Source: an uncultured Verrucomicrobiae bacterium
GTDB lineage: Bacteria; Verrucomicrobiota; Verrucomicrobiia; Chthoniobacterales; JAFAMB01
NCBI GenBank assembly: GCA_963837955.1
Contig: CAWIPH010000002.1
Span: forward strand, 4,960,001 to 5,024,000
Direction: 5' to 3'
DNA: 64,000 bases
The position numbers and the translations under genes were made by a program. The notes below the pieces were generated by a model that saw only the letters and a program-made list of their open reading frames with translations, did not search any database and was not told where the DNA came from. Position 1 is the stretch's first letter; every line of letters starts with the position of its first letter. This document shows positions 49,158 through 58,476 of the stretch, piece after piece.

Positions 49158-50287
49158 TAACCAAACCGATCCAATCGAAACGGGGACAAATCGTATCTGC
49201 TTTTTTGTCGCAGCACCAAGTCTTTGGCAAGTTCACCGAGCGCAGTCGCGTATTTGAACCCGTGTCCACTTAACCCTGCGATCACCCACGCTCCAGGGAA
49301 ATCGGGCAATTCATCAATGATGAAATGACGATCGGGTGAGTGCTCAAAAAAGGCGGTTTGCATCGACAAGAGAGGACCATTGGCATCGGGAAAATGCTTT
49401 TCCAAAAACTGCCGGAGATCTTGTTCATCGCGAGAATCGGGCTCCAGCATGGAGACATCGGGATCAACTTCGTCCAGATTGCGCGATAATCTGCCGAGTT
49501 TGAATCCGGGAATTCCAAAAACAGGCAATCCGTAGAAATGACCGCCATTTGGCGAATCAATGATCCAGACCGGAAGCGATCCAACTCCAAACCACGCAGA
49601 GTTTTTCTTGGGCTGAAACCAGCCGAGTACCGCGCGTTCGGGCCGGACCCGAACACCGTGTCCGGCTAGTTTAGAGGCCCAGGCGCCGATGGTGAAAACG
49701 ATCTGTCCAACCTCGTAGCGTTCCTGCGTCGTTTGAATCGTGTAGCCCGCTCCATTTGCGTCCCAACGGATCATTTTCTCGTGCCCGCGAATCTCCGCAC
49801 CGTGATGACATGCGCCGTTCACGTGCGCGGTGATCGACCCTTCCGCCAAAACAAACCCGGAGTTCGGCTGGAAGATCGCTACCATCTCATCGCAGATGCG
49901 CAGGACCGGATAGCGACGCCGCAACTCGACCGCAGCGAACATTTCATGCGGAATGTTCCAGCGCTGGCACGAGTTCAGAGATCCAATAACGATCGACGAC
50001 TCAGGCAATCCAATATCCAGACTGCCGGTCTGGTAGAATAACTGGGTGCCGCTGATCTTTTCTAGCTCGTACCACAGCTCCAGCGCACGTCGCACCAAAG
50101 GAACATAGGTTTCATTTTCATGTAACCCCTCGCGAAGAATACGGGTTACTCCATGAGAGCTGCCACGTGAATGCGGAATCGAAAACTGCTCGATTCCTAC
50201 TACGTGAAGACCCGCTCTGGCCAGATGATAACAAGCAGCGCTGCCGATCCCGCCAACTCCGAGAACAGCGACATCAAAAATCTTCAT
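49157..50287 (-). CDS. solA: Monomeric sarcosine / N-methyltryptophan oxidase-like flavoenzyme
   Basis: GVGGIG, GSSHGVTRILR, SPDRHFIID, GLSGHGFK. Confidence 0.85.
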   Translation of the reverse strand: MKIFDVAVLGVGGIGSAACYHLARAGLHVVGIEQFSIPHSRGSSHGVTRILREGLHENETYVPLVRRALELWYELEKISGTQLFYQTGSLDIGLPESSIVIGSLNSCQRWNIPHEMFAAVELRRRYPVLRICDEMVAIFQPNSGFVLAEGSITAHVNGACHHGAEIRGHEKMIRWDANGAGYTIQTTQERYEVGQIVFTIGAWASKLAGHGVRVRPERAVLGWFQPKKNSAWFGVGSLPVWIIDSPNGGHFYGLPVFGIPGFKLGRLSRNLDEVDPDVSMLEPDSRDEQDLRQFLEKHFPDANGPLLSMQTAFFEHSPDRHFIIDELPDFPGAWVIAGLSGHGFKYATALGELAKDLVLRQKSRYDLSPFRLDRFG

Positions 50288-50316
50288 CGGAGCCGGTTTC
50301 TAGATTTCGAAGAATG

Positions 50317-50584
50317 GTCCCGGAGGGACACGGTGAAAGTAGCCCAGCACCTTTGTGCTGGGTACAGACCAATCATCACGGTGCCGTCCCGCCAGGGACG
50401 ATCGAAGGGCTTCTTCACCAAAATTTATAAATTTTCAAGACGACTATTGTCAGTTCCTAAATACCAATGATGTGCAAATTGGGGGCAAAGACGCGCTTCG
50501 ATCGTCCCTGGCGGGACGGGCCTCTCTTTTGGAATCAACCCAGCAATAAATTGCTGGGCTACTTTCACTGTATCCCTTCGGGAT
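50317..50584. repeat. REP-like inverted doublet (GTCCCG-N-AGGGAC family)
   Basis: Each ~90-bp arm: GTCCCGGAGGGAC, GAAAGTAGCCCAGCA...TGCTGGG, CGTCCCGCCAGGGACGATCGAAG; arms inverted. Confidence 0.85.
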
Positions 50585-50674
50585 CGCTGATTAGCGCTCG
50601 TCTCGATGTCCTCCAAGACGTTATGTTGACGCACACGCTAGATCGTTATCGGCGTTCCCGGCGTTATCGGCGTT

Positions 50675-52036
50675 TCAAAAGAGGGTCAGATAATTCTCAA
50701 TCTCCCAGCCTGACACACTTCGGTGATAATCGGTCCACTCTCGACGTTTTAAATCCAGGAATTCATCGCGGATCGGGCCGAGTGCATTGAGAATAACCGA
50801 GTCTCGTTCGAGTTCGAACAACGCCTCCAGCAACGTTTGCGGAAGGGTTCTCATCCCTCTCTTTCGGATCGCCATGGGAGTAAGTTCATACAGATTTTCG
50901 TGATTGGGCTCACCAGGATCTCTGCCTTCCTCGATGCCATCCAGGCCAGCCGCTAAATAGGCTGCGAACACCAGATAGGGATTACACCCAGCCGAAACGG
51001 TTCGATCCTCCACATGACCTGGACCGCAAACGCGCTGCATTTGGGTGCGATTATTCCCACCGTAACTAATAAAGGCCGGCGTCCAGGTGAAACCCGATCG
51101 CGCACTGTAGAGTCCCTCCCCTACTTGTAGACGTTTATAACAGTTCACGGTTGGCGATAAGATCGCGCAGAGGGCCGGGGCATGTTTGAGAACACCACCA
51201 AGGAACTGATAAGCTAATTTGGACAACCCCATCCCGCGGCTATCTTCATGATCCTCAAACAAATTGTTTCCGGTCCGGTCGGCCACATGATAGTGCATAT
51301 GCGCGCCACTGCCGGTTCGATCGGCAAACGGTTTGGCCATATGCGTAGCGACGGCTCCATACTTAGGCGCCACCTGTGAAGTCATCATCTTGAAAAACGT
51401 ATAGCGATCCGCGGTCGTTAACGCGTCAGCGTACTGAAAGTTCACTTCATATTGGCCATTCGCATCTTCATGATCGGCTTGGTAGGCGCCCCAGCCCAGC
51501 TGATTGCAATAGCCCACGATTTCTTGGAGATAGCCGAACGCCGATGAGATCCCTTTAAAGTCATAACAAGGCTTGGGTAATTGATCGATATTGGCCGGAT
51601 CCCAAGGCTGGATCGAACCGTCCGGTTTCCTCGTCACCAGGAAGTGTTCCGGTTCAAGTCCGACATTCAGAAAAAATCCAAACTTCTCGGCCGCCTCCTT
51701 TAGTGCTCGCTGCAAGTTCAGACGAGGACAATACGGATACGGCTTTCCCTCAACGTAGAGGTCTCCGACAAATCGAGCCATTCCGGGATACCAAGGAAGA
51801 GGCGTATACGTGTTGAGATCGACCCGGGCCATCATATCCGGGGAGTTCGGTCCTTGGGCGAACCCGCCAATGGCGGCGCCAGCGAATCCGGCCCCCTCAT
51901 CGATCAGAGCGTCCAACGCTTCTACCGGACACATTTTTACTTTGGCTGAGCCGCTCAGATCAACGAACTGAACAAGCAAAAAACTGACCTTCTCCTCTTT
52001 TAGACGTGATTTAACACTTTCGCGCAAGCTCGACAT
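50675..52036 (-). CDS. glnT: GlnT-type glutamine synthetase-like enzyme, probable gamma-glutamylmethylamide synthetase (GmaS)
   Basis: DEGAGFAGAA, KPCYD, DHEDANGQYEVNF, GSGAHMH, VNCYKRL, YGGNNRTQM; mgsABC context. Confidence 0.88.
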   Translation of the reverse strand: MSSLRESVKSRLKEEKVSFLLVQFVDLSGSAKVKMCPVEALDALIDEGAGFAGAAIGGFAQGPNSPDMMARVDLNTYTPLPWYPGMARFVGDLYVEGKPYPYCPRLNLQRALKEAAEKFGFFLNVGLEPEHFLVTRKPDGSIQPWDPANIDQLPKPCYDFKGISSAFGYLQEIVGYCNQLGWGAYQADHEDANGQYEVNFQYADALTTADRYTFFKMMTSQVAPKYGAVATHMAKPFADRTGSGAHMHYHVADRTGNNLFEDHEDSRGMGLSKLAYQFLGGVLKHAPALCAILSPTVNCYKRLQVGEGLYSARSGFTWTPAFISYGGNNRTQMQRVCGPGHVEDRTVSAGCNPYLVFAAYLAAGLDGIEEGRDPGEPNHENLYELTPMAIRKRGMRTLPQTLLEALFELERDSVILNALGPIRDEFLDLKRREWTDYHRSVSGWEIENYLTLF

Positions 52037-52103
52037 ACCTCTCTCGCTAATGATGATGGGCCCGCACAGCGGGCCCAGATTCCTGGACTAAGTTATGTGC
52101 GGC

Positions 52104-53594
52104 TTAACTAGCAGCATCCGCACCATCTTCTGGCCGGTACACCGCATTGATTAAGCTTGTCTCTGAGCCGGCGAATTTCTTTTTTACTTCGAACCGATCG
52201 TGCACCGATGCGAGATCGCTTCGCATCGCATCCATCATATGGGAAGACTTGAACCGCAGCCAAACGAACCATCCGATTCCGACGAGTAGGTAAATACCGA
52301 AATAGATTGGGAACTTGTCCGCTGGCGGCGCCGGCACCGGATAAAATGCCGCAATGAGCGGCATGAGCATCAGAGCGATCGAAATTACGGACACGACGAT
52401 ATTCGTTGCCTTGAGCGCTCCCAGCGACTTGAGGTAAACCGGCGCAGCGATCGAGACCAGGATGTAAACGATTAGGAACCCAAAGGTCGCGATCGTGCTG
52501 AAGTCATTGAATATGTCCAGTACTCCCAGGCCGAACCAACCAAAGAGCGCCGAGAAAACAAATGTGAGCAAGGCACAAACCGTCACCGCGTGGTGAGGTG
52601 TCTCATTTTTGCCATGAGCCAAACCAAGGTTGCCGTGGAAGACCCCATGTCGTCCCATGGTAAAGATGACTCGTGAAGCCGCATTAATAGAAGCGAGAGT
52701 ACAAGCCCACATGCTGACGACCGCACCGACGGAAATAAGCACGCCCATGAAAGGCAAGTGAGCGACGTCAGCCAAATCGTTGAAAGGAGCGGTGCTCTTG
52801 TCCAACGGATCCGGGAGCCCGCGAAAACCGAGAGTGGCCACATATGAGCAGAACACGAAGAAAATGCCGCTGATCAGGGCGCTCATCAGCACTGCCCGCG
52901 GAATAAAAACCAGCGGTCGCTTAGCTTCCTCGCCTAGAGCGGTTGCGCTTTCGTAACCGACATAACTAAAAATCGCCAAAATAAGCCCTAAGCGAAAACC
53001 ATCGAAGCTAAGTCCCTCCAGCTTTAGCTGAGCAGGATCGATCACCGTTCCGTGTTGCATGAACACGATCGAGCACACTACTAAGATCAAGATCATCGAT
53101 CCGCCTTCCAGGAGAAGCATGATGCGGGTAGAAAGCTGAATATCCTTGTATGCCACCAGCCAGACCAGAAACGTCCCGATGGCGAAAAGAACCACCGGCG
53201 GAACTGAGAGGTGAACCATGTTCAGCAAGATCAATGCGTAATTCACCGACCCGGCTAAGACCGCGATTGCCGTGAAAATGTAAGCTAGGATTAGACACCA
53301 ACCGGCGATAAATCCCATGCTCGGCCCAAGGCCATGGCCAATACAGACGTAAAGGGCGCCTGGCGAAGCGGAACGCTTAGCAAATTCATTGATGCTCAGT
53401 CCGACCAACATGAGGGCGGCAGTGGCTACCAGATAGGTAAGCCAGGTGCCATTCCCGGCTGAAGCAAATACAAACGGCACGATTACGACCGGCGTTAAAG
53501 TCGGCGAGATATTGGCGACGGATTGGGATAGGATCTCTACAAAGGAGAGACAGGTGGACCTTAGCCCATAGCCTCCAGATTTAGCGGTGCTCAT
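52104..53594 (-). CDS. APC-family amino acid/amine permease
   Basis: QSVANISP, FSYVGYESATALGEE, SRVIFTMGR; start at ATG 53594. Confidence 0.92.
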   Translation of the reverse strand: MSTAKSGGYGLRSTCLSFVEILSQSVANISPTLTPVVIVPFVFASAGNGTWLTYLVATAALMLVGLSINEFAKRSASPGALYVCIGHGLGPSMGFIAGWCLILAYIFTAIAVLAGSVNYALILLNMVHLSVPPVVLFAIGTFLVWLVAYKDIQLSTRIMLLLEGGSMILILVVCSIVFMQHGTVIDPAQLKLEGLSFDGFRLGLILAIFSYVGYESATALGEEAKRPLVFIPRAVLMSALISGIFFVFCSYVATLGFRGLPDPLDKSTAPFNDLADVAHLPFMGVLISVGAVVSMWACTLASINAASRVIFTMGRHGVFHGNLGLAHGKNETPHHAVTVCALLTFVFSALFGWFGLGVLDIFNDFSTIATFGFLIVYILVSIAAPVYLKSLGALKATNIVVSVISIALMLMPLIAAFYPVPAPPADKFPIYFGIYLLVGIGWFVWLRFKSSHMMDAMRSDLASVHDRFEVKKKFAGSETSLINAVYRPEDGADAAS

Positions 53595-53626
53595 AAGACA
53601 ATCTCCGTGAACGAAATTAGGTAAAT

Positions 53627-53643
53627 GTTTTCTATTAGGAAAC
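53627..53643. promoter_or_regulatory. Candidate XRE operator 1
   Basis: GTTTT-CTATTAG-GAAAC upstream of the APC permease. Confidence 0.6.
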
Positions 53644-53993
53644 CAGCGTTGCATGTTAAGCAATTACTATGCCATCCGCCGATTCAGGTGAGAATCCCTC
53701 TTTTCACCCGAAAAACCCACCAAAGGAGAACCGGCCGATGTCGCTTCTTGTTCAACTCGGTTGCCTTCTGCTCAACTCGGACCGGTAGGGATACGCTCCT
53801 GCGCGTCCGTCTCCTGTCGGCGCGAAACAGGCCCAAGATCGGTAGGGCGAAAACCTGATTTCGTCTCAGCGAAATCGGTTCGAGCCGTTCGTGTTTTTGG
53901 CCAGTGGTGGATTATGGGAACAGCCGCACCCGTGGCTCAAACTCGTAGGCGTTTCGAACTACCTCTCACCGATCACCGATTAGTGGTCAGTGA

Positions 53994-54614
53994 TCAGCCC
54001 GCCCTGCTCGACTCCTTCGGGTTACTGATGATGCTCAGAAAACGTACGGGCGGCGCATAGACCATCACGGGTCCATGCTCGATGGCGCCGTCAAAGAAAA
54101 GACTGTCGCCAGGGCTCAGGTGATAAATTTGGTCGTCGTGCCGGTAATCCATTTCTCCTTCCATCATAAAGAGCAATTCGTGACCGGGATGACGAAAAAT
54201 GTTCTGGCTCGGATCGATCTTCCTCTCCTCGATGTTCATGAGGTAAGGTTCAAAATCTTTCTCAAACGGCAGACCAAACGCCAAAGACTGATAGTAGTGC
54301 CCCATCTTCGAACCCCGACCGACGATAATCTTTCTCTCGTTTTTCCGGATGAGTACCGCCCGCCGCTCTGAACCTTCAACCTGGAAGAAATAGCCAGGCC
54401 CCACTCCCAGCGCGGAAGCGATTCGGGTCAAGGTTGAAACAGGTGAAGAGACCAACCCATTCTCGATCTTGGAAAGCTGACCTTTGGTCAAGCGAACCCT
54501 CTCCGCCAGCTGATCGAGCGTCACAGTTCGCTGGAGCCGAAGCGTGCGAATGCGCTGTCCGATAAATTGTTCAACCGTCGGAGATTCTTCCGCGACTGCC
54601 TTTGCTTTCCTCAC
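53994..54614 (-). CDS. XRE-family HTH regulator with cupin domain
   Basis: IGQRIRTLR...LSKIENG..SSPVSTL, HPGHE, PGDSLFFDG..HGP; GTG 54614 preferred. Confidence 0.92.
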   Translation of the reverse strand: MRKAKAVAEESPTVEQFIGQRIRTLRLQRTVTLDQLAERVRLTKGQLSKIENGLVSSPVSTLTRIASALGVGPGYFFQVEGSERRAVLIRKNERKIIVGRGSKMGHYYQSLAFGLPFEKDFEPYLMNIEERKIDPSQNIFRHPGHELLFMMEGEMDYRHDDQIYHLSPGDSLFFDGAIEHGPVMVYAPPVRFLSIISNPKESSRAG

Positions 54615-54619
54615 CAGCA

Positions 54620-54642
54620 AAAGTTTCCGCAAAAGAAACTTT
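54620..54642. promoter_or_regulatory. Candidate XRE operator 2 (autoregulatory)
   Basis: AAAGTTTC-CGCAAAA-GAAACTTT perfect inverted repeat just upstream of the XRE start. Confidence 0.7.
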
Positions 54643-54660
54643 GTTGGCAAGGTCGAAAAA

Positions 54661-54875
54661 ACCACGCCAAGACGCCTGAGAATCTCACGCCTAGACGCAA
54701 AGGTTTCGGACCAGAGGAAAAAATCTCACGCAAAGACGCAAAGGCGCAAAGGTCATTAGATCTTATTAGCGACTCCTTCGATGGTCATAGAGATCCTTCA
54801 CCAAAATTGGTTAACAGAGGGGACCTATGCTCTTATCTGAAACCTTTGCGTCTTGGCGTCTTTGCGTGAGATTTC
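54661..54875. mobile_element. Miniature GxxExxY-family element (MITE-like), copy 3
   Basis: Same inverted arrays; core TTCACCAAAATTGGTTAACA (54797-54816) matches gene positions 45340-45359 at 19/20. Confidence 0.72.
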
Positions 54876-54889
54876 TCAGACGTCATTTG

Positions 54890-56209
54890 TCATGCGCAGC
54901 CTGGAATCCAGGCCGTTCCCGCGAGTGGCACTTTGGCCATGGCTGCGGCTTCAACGGTCAGAGCGACCAGATCCTCCGGCTCAAGATTTAGCACGTGACT
55001 CTTGCCGCAAGCTCGGGCGATTGTTTGAGCTTCCATCGTGAGCACTCGGAGATAGTTCGCCAGACGTCGTCCACCGTTAACTGGATCAAGTCGCTTGGCT
55101 AGCGCCGGATCCTGAGTGGAGATGCCAGCTGGATCGTTGCCATCTTGATAATCGTCATAAAAACCTGCGGCAGTTCCCAGCTTTTGATAATCGTCTTGGT
55201 ATTTCGGAGAATTGCAACCCAGCGCAATCAAAGCGGCGGTTCCTATCGAAACCGCATCCGCGCCCATAGCTAACGCTTTTGCCACATCGGCACCGGAGCG
55301 AATTCCCCCGGAGATAATCAGTTGCACTTTTCGATGCATTCCCATTTCAGACAGTGCTTCAACGGCTTGGCGTAAAGCTGGGAGGGTGGGAATGCCGACG
55401 TGTTCGATAAACACTTCTTGGGTTGCCCCTGTTCCTCCTTGCATTCCGTCCACCACTATCACATCGGCGCCAGCCTTCACCGCGAGCTTCACGTCAAAAT
55501 AGGTTCGGGACGCACCGACTTTTATGTAGATCGGTTTTTCCCAATCGGTAATTTCTCGAAGTTCTTCGATCTTGATTGCTAAATCGTCAGGCCCGGTCCA
55601 GTCCGGGTGTCGACAAGCACTCCTTTGATCAATCCCCGGCGGCAGAGTACGCATTTCGGCCACACGATCGCTGATCTTTCTTCCCAACAACATGCCGCCA
55701 CCACCCGGTTTGGCTCCCTGACCGAGCACTATCTCGATCGCATCCGCTTTTCGTAAATCATCCGGATTCATTCCGTAACGGGAAGGCAAATACTGGTAGA
55801 CCAAGATTTTGGAGGACTGCCTCTCTTCGGCGGTCATCCCGCCATCTCCGGTGGTGGTGGAGGTTCCTAGTTCTGAAGCGCCGCGACCCAATGATTCTTT
55901 GGCCTCGGCTGACAAAGCACCGAAACTCATCCCTGCGATCGTGATTGGAATCTGCAAATGAATCGGCTTTTTGGCGTGAAGCGCACCGAGAACAACGTCA
56001 GTGCCACATCTTTCTCGGTACCCTTCCAGCGGGTAACGCGACATGCTGGCCCCGAGAAAAACCAGATCATCAAAGTGGGGCAATCGACGCTTCGAACCCC
56101 AACCTCGAATATCGTAAAGACCCGTTTCAGCGGCTCGCTGGATTTCGTGGATTACGTGGCGATCGAAGGTCGCCGATTCCCGCATTCCGGGAAATATTTC
56201 AGTGCTCAT
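54890..56209 (-). CDS. mgsC: FMN-binding glutamate synthase-family protein, N-methylglutamate synthase subunit C (GlxD-like)
   Basis: SMSRYPLEGYRE, AGMSFGALS, GQGAKPGGGG, RHPDWTGPDDL, DGMQGGT. Confidence 0.88.
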   Translation of the reverse strand: MSTEIFPGMRESATFDRHVIHEIQRAAETGLYDIRGWGSKRRLPHFDDLVFLGASMSRYPLEGYRERCGTDVVLGALHAKKPIHLQIPITIAGMSFGALSAEAKESLGRGASELGTSTTTGDGGMTAEERQSSKILVYQYLPSRYGMNPDDLRKADAIEIVLGQGAKPGGGGMLLGRKISDRVAEMRTLPPGIDQRSACRHPDWTGPDDLAIKIEELREITDWEKPIYIKVGASRTYFDVKLAVKAGADVIVVDGMQGGTGATQEVFIEHVGIPTLPALRQAVEALSEMGMHRKVQLIISGGIRSGADVAKALAMGADAVSIGTAALIALGCNSPKYQDDYQKLGTAAGFYDDYQDGNDPAGISTQDPALAKRLDPVNGGRRLANYLRVLTMEAQTIARACGKSHVLNLEPEDLVALTVEAAAMAKVPLAGTAWIPGCA

Positions 56210-56262
56210 AATCGTTATGAATTGCGGGAGCGTATAGCCGATCCGACGTAGTCCGGCGACCG

Positions 56263-56609
56263 CCCATGCGCGTCAACTTAAGACTTGGGAGTATACGAAG
56301 AGCACTGGTCCCGGCTTGTCCGCCGTAGCCAGGAGGGCGGAGGAGGAAGGGACCAACGAAAGTAGCCCAGCACGAAGTGCTGGGAAGTGGAGCAAAAAGA
56401 GATGTCCGTCCCGCCAGGGACGATAGAAAGGTTTGGCTCCTGGTCTCTCGCATGCCGCTCATGAACGTAAGCAGCCGTCGATCGTCCCGTCCGGGACGGT
56501 TCCCTTTTTTTGAACGCCAACCCAGCACTTCGTACTGGGCTACTTTCGTTAAGTCCCTGCGGGACGAGTCTCGCCGCGTGCGCCTCGGTCTTAGCTTGAC
56601 GCGCATTGG
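56263..56609. repeat. Nested repeat element: outer 22-bp inverted repeats enclosing a REP-like doublet
   Basis: CCCATGCGCGTCAACTTAAGAC (56263-56284) / GTCTTAGCTTGACGCGCATTGG (56588-56609); inner doublet 56308-56565 homologous to 50317-50584. Confidence 0.8.
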
Positions 56610-56748
56610 CAACTGCCGAATGACATCGGATCTCGTGCGGCGCGGATCGCGAGGATCCGACGTCGCAGAAGCGCACGGTCGTTGAGCGTGATGCATCAAA
56701 GCTATGTCGGACAGGCTGCGATCCCTCCCGACAGACGAAGGACCCTCT

Positions 56749-57441
56749 TTAATACAATGAGGCATTATCGATTTGAAAGTGATAGAGCCTGCGAGCCGAG
56801 CCATAACGTCTGAACTCCTCTGGGCGCGCGTCGCATCCGGCCCGCTTCAAGAGTGTTTGCAGCAGCTCCAGATGTTTCGGCCGCATCTCCTTTTCGATGC
56901 AGTCCGTACCAAGGCTCTTAACGTGGCCGCGGACAAACAATCGAGCTTCATAGATGGAGTCACCCAAGGCGTCACCCACATCCCCACAAATCACCAGATT
57001 CCCAGTCTGAGCCATAAACGCGCTCATGTGGCCGGCAGCGCCCTTGACGACAATGTCGATCCCTTTCATCGAGATGCCGCACCGCGCTGACGCATCCCCC
57101 TCAACGACAAGCAGACCGCCGTGAGCAGCCGCGCCGGCGCATTGGCTGGCATTGCCATTCACGTGGACAAACCCGGACATCATGTTTTCAGCGACTCCGG
57201 TCGCGACATTTCCGTGGACGATCACGGTGGCTTCCTGATTCATCCCGGCACAGTAATATCCGGCGTGCCCTTCGATTTCTACCGTTACCGGCACACGGAC
57301 CCCGCAGGCGATCGCATGGGCCCCGCGAGGATTCAGAATCCGCCAGTGTTCTTCGTCACGCGCGGCATCCAGGTCATGCAGCCTCTGATTCAGCGCTCGA
57401 ACGCTGGTCTTCGCGAGATCGACAGTCTGAGTAAACGTCAT
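56749..57441 (-). CDS. mgsB: GXGXG-domain protein, N-methylglutamate synthase subunit B (GlxC-like)
   Basis: GYYCAGMNQ, GVAENMMSG, RCGISMKG, GDALGDSIYE, YGSARRLYHF. Confidence 0.88.
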   Translation of the reverse strand: MTFTQTVDLAKTSVRALNQRLHDLDAARDEEHWRILNPRGAHAIACGVRVPVTVEIEGHAGYYCAGMNQEATVIVHGNVATGVAENMMSGFVHVNGNASQCAGAAAHGGLLVVEGDASARCGISMKGIDIVVKGAAGHMSAFMAQTGNLVICGDVGDALGDSIYEARLFVRGHVKSLGTDCIEKEMRPKHLELLQTLLKRAGCDARPEEFRRYGSARRLYHFQIDNASLY

Positions 57442-57519
57442 ATTGCCATCCGTTGATTACCCTCTGCTAGAGGGGGTTCAGAATTCAGAATCTTGTTCTA
57501 TCCGCCGGTAATTTCTTGT

Positions 57520-58470
57520 CTACGCCGCCACGCCGATACGGTAATCCCTTCGAATCGCAGGTTCGCTACACTCGGCTCGACTCCAGTTATAAACCACGGC
57601 CGGCTCCGGTTCCCACAGGCGTGCGCTTTCAATACGGGGCAAATTCGCCAGCGACCGGTATTCAGACGCCATAGCCACGTAGTCATCCGTTTCAGCAAGA
57701 ACCGCAGGCTTGCATGCGATTGGATCGCGCAAAACGGCAAAACCGTCCTCAGTTCCCACAGTAAAAGTATAAAAGCCATCGAGGTCCTTTAACCCGGCTT
57801 CCAACGCCTCTTTGAGCGTCGCACCATTCGCCAGTTGCCAGGCGAAATAGCCGGCCGCCACCTCAGTGTCGTTCTCGGTGTGAAATTCGATTCCCTGCCG
57901 GCACAGCCTTTGGCGCAAGCGGTTATGATTACTGAGTGAACCGTTGTGGACCAGGCAGAGATCAACACCGGTACTAAACGGATGCGACCCCTCGGTGGTG
58001 ACCGCACTTTCGGTGGCCATGCGCGTATGACCAATGGCATGACTGCCGGCGATCTTTCGAAGCGAAAACCGCTCGACCACCGATTCCGGCGATCCGGTTT
58101 CTTTCATGATCTCGATTCGTCGCCCCACACTCATGATGCGAACTTCGGGAAAATTCTCTTCCAGAAAACTCCGAATGGATTGGACATCGGTCTTCACCAG
58201 AATTCGGGCATGAGTAGAATTCACCTCCACTAACGGTTTATCGCGAAACTGTTTTTCCAATGCGATCCCAATCGCAGACCAGTCGAAACTCAGATCCGAA
58301 TGCTGTAGCATCACTTTCAGTTTGCCGGAGGGAGCCGAAGCGCCATAAACCGCAAAGCCGGCACTGTCTGGTCCCCGGCTGCTCATACAGATCAACATCT
58401 CACTGAACAAGGCCCCGAGCTCAGGCTCAAGCGAGCTCTTCTTGAGGAATAAGCCGACGATACCGCACAT
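57520..58470 (-). CDS. mgsA: Class II glutamine amidotransferase-like, N-methylglutamate synthase subunit A (GlxB-like)
   Basis: MCGIVG Ntn start, RGPDSAG, GHTRMATES, LVHNGSLSNH, LDGFYTF, RDPIACKP. Confidence 0.88.
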   Translation of the reverse strand: MCGIVGLFLKKSSLEPELGALFSEMLICMSSRGPDSAGFAVYGASAPSGKLKVMLQHSDLSFDWSAIGIALEKQFRDKPLVEVNSTHARILVKTDVQSIRSFLEENFPEVRIMSVGRRIEIMKETGSPESVVERFSLRKIAGSHAIGHTRMATESAVTTEGSHPFSTGVDLCLVHNGSLSNHNRLRQRLCRQGIEFHTENDTEVAAGYFAWQLANGATLKEALEAGLKDLDGFYTFTVGTEDGFAVLRDPIACKPAVLAETDDYVAMASEYRSLANLPRIESARLWEPEPAVVYNWSRAECSEPAIRRDYRIGVAA

Positions 58471-58476
58471 CGCCGT

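Noticed and set aside
52057..52077. Hairpin TGGGCCCGC-ACA-GCGGGCCCA as a terminator
   Set aside because: There is no U-tract on the coding strand and it lies between co-oriented genes; at most an mRNA stability element.
56199..56804. Several 100-200-aa ORFs between mgsB and mgsC
   Set aside because: They are translations of GC-rich palindromic repeats with no protein motifs.
54890..58470. Split ordinary glutamate synthase plus housekeeping glutamine synthetase
   Set aside because: The motifs and three-gene layout match GlxBCD/MgsABC, and the linked synthetase is GlnT-type, which fits the N-methylglutamate pathway better.
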